DNA of 64,000 nucleotides from Candidatus Omnitrophota bacterium (GTDB lineage: Bacteria > Omnitrophota > Gorgyraeia > Zapsychrales > Fredricksoniimonadaceae): contig CAIVRE010000014.1 in assembly GCA_903908245.1 (NCBI GenBank), forward strand, positions 31,963 to 95,962, read 5' to 3'. Positions within the stretch are counted from its first letter, which is position 1, and each line of letters starts with the position of its first letter. Position numbers and translations under genes: made by a program. Shown piece by piece: positions 47,654 to 55,825 of the stretch. The notes beneath the pieces were generated by a model that was given only the letters and a program-made list of their open reading frames with translations, did no database searches and was not told the DNA's origin.

Positions 47654-47686
47654 AAAAGCCGGACGTTTAAAACCGTCCGGCTTTTT
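47654..47686. terminator. Bidirectional rho-independent terminator
   Basis: aaaaagccggacg-tttaaaa-ccgtccggcttttt: 11-bp GC-rich stem flanked by A-run and T-run. Confidence 0.55.
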
Positions 47687-47713
47687 ACATTACACCCTAT
47701 AAAAAACTGCGGC

Positions 47714-48190
47714 TTATTTCGCGGCCGATAGCGGCACAACAGCCTTGGCCTGAACCTCGGCCCTCGTTTTCTCCTGGATCCCCTTCCACTGCTTCCACTG
47801 CTCGGCCGACAACACCGCCTCGACCTTGCGGGAAACCTCGAGGTCGCGGCAGGTGTTATCCACCTGGATATCCGCGATCTTCTGCAGCTGAGCGCGGATC
47901 TTCTTGATTTCTTCCCGTTCGGAAACCATCTTGTTAAGGTCCTGACGCAAGATCGTGATCTGCTGGGTCTTGGCCAGCAACGCGTCCTTCAGGCCGCCTG
48001 TAAGCGTTTTAATATCCGTGACCTGTTTATCCGTCAGCCCCAATTCCTTCTGGAAAGAAAAGATCGTCTTTCCCTCGGCCGGCTGCGCCACAGGCGCGGC
48101 CGCGGCCGGGACCACAGGCTCGACTGCCAGCGCATAACCAGCCATGGAAAGACCCAAAACCGTCATTACCGCGATCAATAACCTTTTCAT
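47714..48190 (-). CDS. Periplasmic LTXXQ-motif (Spy/CpxP-like) helical protein
   Basis: Signal peptide; LTDKQ and repeated helical K/Q-rich segments. Confidence 0.5.
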   Translation of the reverse strand: MKRLLIAVMTVLGLSMAGYALAVEPVVPAAAAPVAQPAEGKTIFSFQKELGLTDKQVTDIKTLTGGLKDALLAKTQQITILRQDLNKMVSEREEIKKIRAQLQKIADIQVDNTCRDLEVSRKVEAVLSAEQWKQWKGIQEKTRAEVQAKAVVPLSAAK

Positions 48191-48365
48191 ATCATCCCTT
48201 TCGTTAAAAGACCCCCGCCGACATCTTTATCGACGGGAAAATAATTCAGAACGATCAGCCTGATCCCGCAGGATCATGCCTATATTACCTCGGCGCGGGA
48301 CTGTGTCAAATTAATTTCTCGCATTGCGCCGCAAAGAACCCGACCATCTTCCTGTCGCCCCTGCC

Positions 48366-50153
48366 TTATGGGGCACATCTGTCATTAACACAATGATTGC
48401 TGTCACATTCCCAATCATTCTGATAACAAAGAGATCCGATGGAACGATCGGTGCAGGTCGCGTACGATGTTTCACAAAAGATCTGGCACTGGTCCTGCGC
48501 GCCGCAATGTTCGCCAAGAGCCCCGTTGGTGCAAGCCCGCTGCCACCCCGAATCATACCCGCAGAACCCCGTCTCGCAAGAACTGTTGTCCGTACACGGA
48601 TCGCCGAAAACCGCTTTCGTCGCGGAGCATTTAAAACCGACACAATAACTTCCGGAACAGTCCGCGCCTGAATCACACCCAGACCCGACACTGCCATCCC
48701 CGCAGCTGGAATGGATACACTGCCCCGACTGACAACTGGAATTGTCCGTGCATGCCGCGCCGGCCGCGCCGGGAGAAGCCTGGCATATCCCGTCAACACA
48801 AAAACCGGATACACAAAAAAGCCCGGAAGAACAGAAATCCCCGTCCGCAATGCTGTGTGTAGCCACGCACGCCCCCGTTGCGGTGTCGCACGACTCTTCC
48901 GCAGTACAACAATTCACCGGCTCGGCATACGCCCAGCCGATGTTCTGTGTGCAGGCGGTAGTGCCATTGGGACAACAATATCCCGGAGCCCAGAACCAGC
49001 CCAGATTGTTGTTATTATTCGCGCAAAAGGTCCCCGCGCCGCAACATGTCATTGGCTGCGAATAACCGCAACATTCATCCCCGTTATTGCAGCAGGTCGC
49101 ATCATGCCCTCCGCCGCTGCTGCACACGAACTGGCCGCTGTTACAGCACTGGACCCTTCCCACGACGGATACGCCGCAACTGTTATCCAGCGGGCAGCAA
49201 TTCCCGACATTGGCAAAATTCTTGCAGCAATACTCCCCGCCGGAACATGTTGCTCCGGCACAATCGGCATCTGCCACAGCAGAACAATAATCCCCGCCGA
49301 CTCTCGGGACATACAATTCCCCTGCAGCGCACGACCCTTGAGTATATCCCGTAAAAACACAACTGCTGGCCGTGCAGGATTGTCCCGCGCCACACGTCGA
49401 CCAGCAACCACCGCAATTGTAGGGGTCCGTGGCAAAATCCGCGCAACTGCCCCAGCAACACCCGGGGTTCTCTCCGCCGCACACATTCCCCGGGCTGCCG
49501 CAATTATTGATATCCCAATTAGTATCGATACAACCGCCGCCACTGCAATAAGAACACCAGTTGCCGCAGCCACCGCAATTGTTGGGATCAGAAGCAAGGT
49601 CCGTACAGCCGCCCCAACAGCACCCGGGGTTCTCCCCGCCGCACACATTCCCGATGCCACCGCAATTATTGACATCCCAGTCTATGTCGACACAACCGCC
49701 ACCGCTGCAATAAGAACACCCGTTGCCGCAACCGCCGCAATTATTAGGATCCGTCGCAAGGTCTGTACAGCTGCCCCAGCAGCACGCGGGATTCTCTCCA
49801 CCGCACACATTCCCGCAACTGCCGCAATTATTAATATCCGAATCCGGATAGACACACGCCCCGGAACAATCGGTCTCGGCTGGAGTGCACCCGCAGACCC
49901 CTCCGACACAAGGCCGCCCGTCGCCGCAAACAGTCCCGCAACCGCCGCAATTATTGGCGTCAGATGTAATATCGGCACAACTGCTGCCGCAACAAATGGT
50001 CCCGCCCGTACAGGTGCCGCAAACCGGGTTCACCCCGTCCTTGAACGGACTGTTCGTGGCCAAAGGGACAGTCGTTATGGCAAAAGCCTGGTTATGCGCC
50101 ACAACCAGAAAAAGCCCCAGGACGATCAAAGAGAACAGCCGGATCATTTTCAT
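48366..50153 (-). CDS. Secreted cysteine-rich protein with about 7 Stig1-type repeats followed by further Cys-rich modules (paralog A)
   Basis: Signal peptide MKMIRLFSLIVLGLFLVVAHNQAFA; repeats CCWG(S/G)CTDLA(T/S)DPNNCGGCGN-C; over 100 Cys in 595 aa. Confidence 0.7.
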   Translation of the reverse strand: MKMIRLFSLIVLGLFLVVAHNQAFAITTVPLATNSPFKDGVNPVCGTCTGGTICCGSSCADITSDANNCGGCGTVCGDGRPCVGGVCGCTPAETDCSGACVYPDSDINNCGSCGNVCGGENPACCWGSCTDLATDPNNCGGCGNGCSYCSGGGCVDIDWDVNNCGGIGNVCGGENPGCCWGGCTDLASDPNNCGGCGNWCSYCSGGGCIDTNWDINNCGSPGNVCGGENPGCCWGSCADFATDPYNCGGCWSTCGAGQSCTASSCVFTGYTQGSCAAGELYVPRVGGDYCSAVADADCAGATCSGGEYCCKNFANVGNCCPLDNSCGVSVVGRVQCCNSGQFVCSSGGGHDATCCNNGDECCGYSQPMTCCGAGTFCANNNNNLGWFWAPGYCCPNGTTACTQNIGWAYAEPVNCCTAEESCDTATGACVATHSIADGDFCSSGLFCVSGFCVDGICQASPGAAGAACTDNSSCQSGQCIHSSCGDGSVGSGCDSGADCSGSYCVGFKCSATKAVFGDPCTDNSSCETGFCGYDSGWQRACTNGALGEHCGAQDQCQIFCETSYATCTDRSIGSLCYQNDWECDSNHCVNDRCAP

Positions 50154-50165
50154 ATCACCTCTGCC

Positions 50166-50585
50166 TTAAAAAGAAATATCCCCGGCATCCGAGATCGCGG
50201 CTGGCTGGCTTTGCCCGGGAAGACCGGCGGAAAAAACCACATAATACCTTCTGTTGCTTGAAACAAGATACTTGTACTCGCTGGTCGCTGTCGCGCCGAA
50301 AGGATCGTACAAAGGCGCTTTGATCAGTTGCGGGGTCGCAGGGATCAGGGCAGACGCACAGATGGTATCCGTCCCCGCAGGAAAAGACCTTTGGTGAATA
50401 TAATACGCCTCCAGCGCAGCCTGCAAGGCTTTGACCTCACTCTGGGCCCGGGTGACCCTGCCCTGGTCCTGCATGCCCTTGATACGAGGCACAGCGATCC
50501 CGATCAAGATCCCCAGCACGGCAAGAACAACAAGGAGTTCCAGAAGGGTAAAACCTTTAGGCCTGCTGACCGGCTCTGACGCCAT
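50166..50585 (-). CDS. GspG/PulG-like major pseudopilin (paralog of 57836-58291)
   Basis: Prepilin N-terminus KGFTLLELLVVLAVLGILIGIAVP plus GspG-type motif RIKGMQDQ. Confidence 0.8.
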   Translation of the reverse strand: MASEPVSRPKGFTLLELLVVLAVLGILIGIAVPRIKGMQDQGRVTRAQSEVKALQAALEAYYIHQRSFPAGTDTICASALIPATPQLIKAPLYDPFGATATSEYKYLVSSNRRYYVVFSAGLPGQSQPAAISDAGDISF

Positions 50586-50599
50586 AAAACACCCCCCTC

Positions 50600-50926
50600 T
50601 TATTTCACCTGGGCCGGTGTCTGCATCGCGGCCTTATGCGCTAGGGCACGCTCTTTCGCCAACTTCATCTGCTCTTCGATCCTGGCCGCAACTTCCGGAT
50701 TAGCCTTGAGAAAAGCATCCCGTTCGGCATTCAACTGTTCGTTGAGCGCCTTGCGCGCCTCGGCCTGTTTTTTCATCAAGGCAGACCATTCCGCCTGCCC
50801 GGCAAATTGATCCGGCCGAACAATTGCCTGCGCGGCAGCGGGCTCCGTCGATGCAGCCGGCTGGGCAAAAGACATTGCAGGAAGAACCATTAACGCCGCG
50901 ACCACTCCCAGGAATACTTTCTTCAT
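50600..50926 (-). CDS. Small secreted helical protein (Spy-like?)
   Basis: Signal peptide; Ala/Lys/Glu-rich helical 108-aa protein. Confidence 0.4.
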   Translation of the reverse strand: MKKVFLGVVAALMVLPAMSFAQPAASTEPAAAQAIVRPDQFAGQAEWSALMKKQAEARKALNEQLNAERDAFLKANPEVAARIEEQMKLAKERALAHKAAMQTPAQVK

Positions 50927-51146
50927 AACCTTCTCCTTTGTTATTTATAATGATAACCAAACCCGGTCCCTGCCTGGCCCCCCGTTCGGGGAGGACAGTC
51001 GATCATCAGCTGCACGTCCCCGTTGCGGTATTGCACGACTGTCCGGCCGTACAACAATTGATCGGCTCACCGTACGCCCAGCCAAGGTTCTTCGCGCAAG
51101 CCGTCGTGCCATTGGGGCAACAATATCCCGGAGCCCAGTACCAGCC

Positions 51147-52889
51147 CTAGCTGTTGTGATTATTCGCGCAGAATGTCCCTGCTCCGCAACATGTCATCGG
51201 ATTGGAATAACCGCAGCATTCATCCCCGATATTACATACTGTCGCGTCATGGCCCCCTCCGCTTACACAGGCAAATTGGCTGCTGCTGACACAGGCGACC
51301 CTTCCGACAACGGACGAACTGCATGTTTGGTCCATATCGCAACAAACCTGGTCCCCGCTGCCACCCCACCCGTTCACTGCCGCGTAATTCTTGCACGAAT
51401 ATTGCGTAGCCGAACAACCGCTATCCCCGGCTTGCGTACAATAACTGCCGCCGCCCTGATTTGCGATCTCCATTTGCCCCGCAGGGCACTGGCAGACGCT
51501 ATCAATGCAAGTCTTGCTGCCTGTGCACACATTCCCGCACCAGCCGCAATTGTTATTATCAGCGCTCATATCCTCTAGACAACTGCCACCGGAACAGCAG
51601 CCTAAAGGACATACATTCCCGAGACTGCCGCAATTGTTGGGATCCGAATTTAAATCCACACAACTGCTCCCGATACAACTCGAAGGACACCAATTGCCGC
51701 AACCGCCGCAGTTGTTCGTATCCGTTGCAAGGTCACTGCACCCGCCCCAACAGCACGAAGGGTTTTCTCCGCTGCACACGTTCCCGACACTGCCGCAATT
51801 GTTGACATCCCAATCCAGGTCATAACAGCCGCTACCGACACAATAAGGACACCAGTTCCCGCAGCCGCCGCAATTATTCGTATCCGTCGCAAGGTCCGTA
51901 CAACCACCCCAGCAACACGCGGGATTATCCCCATAACACACATTACCGGGGCTGCCGCAATTATTGACATCCCAGTTCATATCCGGCGTACAAACACCCG
52001 CAGTACAATAAGGAAGGTCCCAAGGGCACACATTGCCACAGCTGCCGCAATTATTTGTATCCGCATTGGTATCCACACAAAACCCGGAACAGATCGTCAG
52101 CCCGCCCGGGCAGCTGGTGCCGCAACTCCCCGTTGAAGTATCGCAAGCCTCCTCGGACGTACAGCAATTGACCGGCTCCATATATGCCCACCCGCCCCAA
52201 TACGCGCAAGTCGTCGTGCCGGTAGGGCAGCAATATCCCGGGGCATAAAGCCAGCCGAAAGGATTATTATTATTCGCGCAAAACGTTCCCGGGCCGCAGC
52301 AGGTCAGCGGATTGGAATAACCGCAGCATTCTTCCCCGTTATTGCACACGGTCGCGTCATGCCCCCCCCCGCTTATACAAGCGAATTGATTATTGCTGAC
52401 ACATCCAACCCTTCCAACAACAGAAGCACTGCAGGTTTGATCGGTCTCGCAACATGTCTGGTCAGTGCTCCCGCCCCACCCATGAATAGCATAATAATTC
52501 TTGCACGCATATTGCGTCGATGAACAACCCGTATCACCCGGTTGCGCACAATAACTGCCGCCGCCCTGGTTCCAGATCTGCATCTGCCCCGCGGCACAGG
52601 TCCCCTGGTTATAAGGAAGAACAACCGTACACGCTCCGCTGGAACAGGCTTTTCCAACACCGCAAACAGTCCCGCAACCACCGCAATTATTGACATCGGA
52701 AGAAATATTGACGCAACTGCTGCCGCAACAAACAGTACCGCCCGAACAGACCCCGCAAGCCGGATTTATCCCGCTCTGATACGGGCTATTGGTTGCCAGA
52801 GGAACAGGCTTTATGGCCAGGGCCGTGTTGCCTGCCGCAACCAAAGAAAACCCGAGGACAATTAGAAGAAACAGCCTGATCGTTTTCAT
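51147..52889 (-). CDS. Secreted cysteine-rich Stig1-repeat protein (paralog B, modules in a different order)
   Basis: N-terminal 90 aa about 75% identical to paralog A; Stig1-type repeats in the C-terminal half; a CCGxGTFCANN module occurs twice. Confidence 0.7.
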   Translation of the reverse strand: MKTIRLFLLIVLGFSLVAAGNTALAIKPVPLATNSPYQSGINPACGVCSGGTVCCGSSCVNISSDVNNCGGCGTVCGVGKACSSGACTVVLPYNQGTCAAGQMQIWNQGGGSYCAQPGDTGCSSTQYACKNYYAIHGWGGSTDQTCCETDQTCSASVVGRVGCVSNNQFACISGGGHDATVCNNGEECCGYSNPLTCCGPGTFCANNNNPFGWLYAPGYCCPTGTTTCAYWGGWAYMEPVNCCTSEEACDTSTGSCGTSCPGGLTICSGFCVDTNADTNNCGSCGNVCPWDLPYCTAGVCTPDMNWDVNNCGSPGNVCYGDNPACCWGGCTDLATDTNNCGGCGNWCPYCVGSGCYDLDWDVNNCGSVGNVCSGENPSCCWGGCSDLATDTNNCGGCGNWCPSSCIGSSCVDLNSDPNNCGSLGNVCPLGCCSGGSCLEDMSADNNNCGWCGNVCTGSKTCIDSVCQCPAGQMEIANQGGGSYCTQAGDSGCSATQYSCKNYAAVNGWGGSGDQVCCDMDQTCSSSVVGRVACVSSSQFACVSGGGHDATVCNIGDECCGYSNPMTCCGAGTFCANNHNS

Positions 52890-52999
52890 ATCACCAGCAA
52901 ATTAATATTAGAAGAAAACTCCGCAGATTAATGAACAATCCGCTTTAAAGCCTCAGAAAAAGATTACTCCCAAAAAGAGGATTCAAGAAATATTTTCTT

Positions 53000-53575
53000 T
53001 TATGGCATGCCCGGCAAAAGCTGCTGCTGATCCGGCTGGGCGGACTGCATTTCCTGCGGAAGGTCCTGCGGCGGTGTCTTCTGGAGTTCCGGCTGAGGTT
53101 CCGGCTGGGATTCCTGCTGTAAAAGAGTCAGGACCATCTCTCTCCCTCCCCCGGCAATGATCACCGAATCCTCCCGGATGGCCTTGACCGCCATCCCGCC
53201 TCCCACATCGGCCCCGACACCAACCACGATATCATTGATAATAGCACTGGGTAAAGCACCGCTGGATATAATGCCCGTCAGGATATAACGCTTCATTGAA
53301 ACCGGTGCCTTAACGGCCATTACCGGAGGGGTCACCGGCTTGACCATCGTTTTGAACGCGCGTGAATCAAACGGGTCCCTTTCGCCCCAATCCACCGAAA
53401 TATAGCCGTCATCACTGCTCTTGTCGGCGTTGATCAGGTCCATCAGCTCTTTCTGATCCGACAGGACCGCTGCCGAAGAAACGGCCGGATCAGCTTGCGC
53501 GGTCCTGATCCCGACCGGCACAAGCGCCACAACCGCCCAGCAGCACATAAGAATGATTTTTTTATTTCTGTCCAT
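53000..53575 (-). CDS. PilP-like pilus assembly lipoprotein
   Basis: Signal peptide; C-terminal beta-domain pattern YILTGIISSG..P.AII..VVGVGADVGGGMAVKAIREDSVII like PilP. Confidence 0.55.
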   Translation of the reverse strand: MDRNKKIILMCCWAVVALVPVGIRTAQADPAVSSAAVLSDQKELMDLINADKSSDDGYISVDWGERDPFDSRAFKTMVKPVTPPVMAVKAPVSMKRYILTGIISSGALPSAIINDIVVGVGADVGGGMAVKAIREDSVIIAGGGREMVLTLLQQESQPEPQPELQKTPPQDLPQEMQSAQPDQQQLLPGMP

Positions 53576-54089
53576 TGTCTTTTGCCACCCACAACACGAA
53601 CGTCATCTTCGCTGTCACCTGTTCCAGGCTGGTGCCCTGCGGCCGCACCCGCAGGCTTTCAACCGCAATGATCCCCTCGGGCATATTCCTGACCGCCGTC
53701 AGAAAAAGTCCGAGATCCTTGAAAGAAGACACGGTTTCAACCCCCATGGGCATCCGTCGATAGATCTCTTTCTTTTCCTTCTCAACCCCGTACGGCCTCA
53801 AAGTGACGATCCCCACCCTGTTTTCCTTGGCCAGCCTGGCAAGGACGTCCTTGGCCAAAGGAAGGCTTTCTTTGGTGAACAACCGCTGACGCGCATCGCC
53901 AGCACTCCTGGCCGAAAGAAGGCTGCGCAAAAAAAGATTCTTCTGGGCATACCCATTCTGCTGCTCATAAAACTCTTTATTCGCCTCAATAACAGGAGAA
54001 CATAAAAAGAATGCCAAAAAACCCAGGAACAGAATAACGGCGAACGAGGAAATATAAAAAACGATCTTTTCATCTATTTTAAAGTTCAT
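53562..54089 (-). CDS. PilO-like inner-membrane pilus assembly protein
   Basis: Single N-terminal TM plus ~140-aa periplasmic domain; sits between PilMN and PilP; overlapping stops/starts. Confidence 0.55.
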   Translation of the reverse strand: MNFKIDEKIVFYISSFAVILFLGFLAFFLCSPVIEANKEFYEQQNGYAQKNLFLRSLLSARSAGDARQRLFTKESLPLAKDVLARLAKENRVGIVTLRPYGVEKEKKEIYRRMPMGVETVSSFKDLGLFLTAVRNMPEGIIAVESLRVRPQGTSLEQVTAKMTFVLWVAKDNGQK

Positions 54090-55813
54090 TTTTTTGCTTC
54101 CCCCTGCCCCATACGCCCCTCGATCTGAAACTGCGTAACATTGGCCGTCCTTGGCATCTTTTGAGACGGCAAAAGGCGGGCCGAACTCACAATATCCTTG
54201 TTAAGGTCCAGCACGAGCTGAGCCGGCGCTTCCTGCGCTTCCCGCCCGTCACCAACCACCATCCCCGACAAAGTCACCCTGTCGCCATCGAGATTGATCT
54301 CGGTCAAACAAACATTCCTGGGAAGATAACTTAACTGTTTGAACAGAACACTCATGTCCGGACGGGTGCGCGCCAGCATTTTCACCTTAAGCTCGCCTTT
54401 GAACCTCTCGACCTGCGGCAAAAGGCCTTCGTATTCGCCTCTGGAAAACGCCAACCGCGCGCGGTTCGCATCCCTTTCCGCCGACAGGCCATGATACGCA
54501 CCACCCAGGACCAGAATGACGGCCGCCGCCGACAGGCCGGCAACGATCTTCCTGACAAAGATCTTTTTCCGTTCTTTAAGATGGCTCGGCAAAAGGTTGA
54601 TCCCGTGCGGATCCCCGAGCGAAGCCCCGATCGCCAGGACCAGCCGATGGGCCTCTTCCTCATTACGCACAACACCATCATAAAGAAGTTCAATGTCCTT
54701 GAGCGGATTACCCAAATGGACCGGCAGATTCAGCTCGGCGTTCAGATATCCCGGTAAACCTTTAAGCCTGGCCCCGCCGCCGAACACGATAAGCCGGTCA
54801 ACCGTACCGACACGCATCTTGTCGCGGTAGAAATCGAAGGAACGCGAGATCTCGCCCACGAACTGTTCAAGCCTTGGGCGCAGCAACGCCAGGATCTGCG
54901 GAGCCGAGATCTTGCCGTTAATGATAAAATCATCGTCCGGTGAAGGCAGCCCGTGATCCCTTTTGATCTGCTCGGCCTCTTCGAGCGTAAGCTCGATCTT
55001 TCCTGCGTTGGTGAACATCGCGCGGGTCAGGCTGCGGGTCAGGTCCGACCCCGTCACCGTGATCTGACGCGAGAACTCCAGCCTGGAATTCCGATAGAAA
55101 TTCAATTCCGTGCCGATGGTCCCCATTTCAAGGACCGCGATCGTTTCCTCCATCCGGAGCTTGGACTTCTTGATGATATTCTCCATGGCCAATGCCAGCG
55201 GGATAATGGCGCTCACATTAAGCCCCAGCGGCGACTCGTCGGCCATGCCCGCTTCGCCACCGGACAACGGCTTTTCCCGCTGGGAAATAAAATGCGACAA
55301 AAGATCATCCACGGACGACTTGGCGGCCGCCGCCACCATCACATTCATTTTCTCCACACCCTTGTCCATGACACGGCCCAGGACTTTGAAATCCACCACC
55401 GGATTCTTGATGGCGAAATGCTGGGAATTGAGGACCTCCAGCCTGATCGCGTCCACCAGGTCCCCCGGCGGCATGACAGGCAGGACCATATTCTCGACCA
55501 TGGCCTGCCGGCCGAAAAGGACACAAACGATCTCCGCCCGGCGGGTATTAAAGTCCGCCAATACCGACTTAAGGGCCGCGATGGCCGCGGCCGCGCGCTG
55601 GTTCTCGTCGGAAATATCAATGCTTCGGACCGCCGTCTTGATCAGTGTGGGTTTCCCCCGGTAAATGGCTGTCTGCGCCACGCTCACCGAAGCATAACTG
55701 ATATCGATGCCGATGACCGACCGGCCGGCGCACAAAGCTTTCTGAAGCCTGAGCTGCTGCGGATCGGCCATTGCTGTGTCCTTGAGCGCCTCGGCTCCGC
55801 CGCCTTCAACCAT
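54086..55813 (-). CDS. PilM-PilN fusion protein (actin-like ATPase-fold PilM fused to TM/periplasmic PilN)
   Basis: PilM-like N-terminal 380 aa (GIDISYASV...), then PilN hallmark INLLPSHLKERKK followed by a TM helix. Confidence 0.75.
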   Translation of the reverse strand: MVEGGGAEALKDTAMADPQQLRLQKALCAGRSVIGIDISYASVSVAQTAIYRGKPTLIKTAVRSIDISDENQRAAAAIAALKSVLADFNTRRAEIVCVLFGRQAMVENMVLPVMPPGDLVDAIRLEVLNSQHFAIKNPVVDFKVLGRVMDKGVEKMNVMVAAAAKSSVDDLLSHFISQREKPLSGGEAGMADESPLGLNVSAIIPLALAMENIIKKSKLRMEETIAVLEMGTIGTELNFYRNSRLEFSRQITVTGSDLTRSLTRAMFTNAGKIELTLEEAEQIKRDHGLPSPDDDFIINGKISAPQILALLRPRLEQFVGEISRSFDFYRDKMRVGTVDRLIVFGGGARLKGLPGYLNAELNLPVHLGNPLKDIELLYDGVVRNEEEAHRLVLAIGASLGDPHGINLLPSHLKERKKIFVRKIVAGLSAAAVILVLGGAYHGLSAERDANRARLAFSRGEYEGLLPQVERFKGELKVKMLARTRPDMSVLFKQLSYLPRNVCLTEINLDGDRVTLSGMVVGDGREAQEAPAQLVLDLNKDIVSSARLLPSQKMPRTANVTQFQIEGRMGQGEAKK

Positions 55814-55825
55814 AAACAGGATCCT

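Noticed and set aside
48711-50261. 516-aa plus-strand ORF, plus others at 49046-49354, 49885-50169, 51156-51825 and 52542-52865
   Set aside because: These are antisense shadow ORFs inside the Cys-rich repeat genes. Their Ala/Arg/Pro/Thr-rich low-complexity translation is typical of GC-rich repeats. The minus-strand frames carry signal peptides and the conserved Cys patterns.
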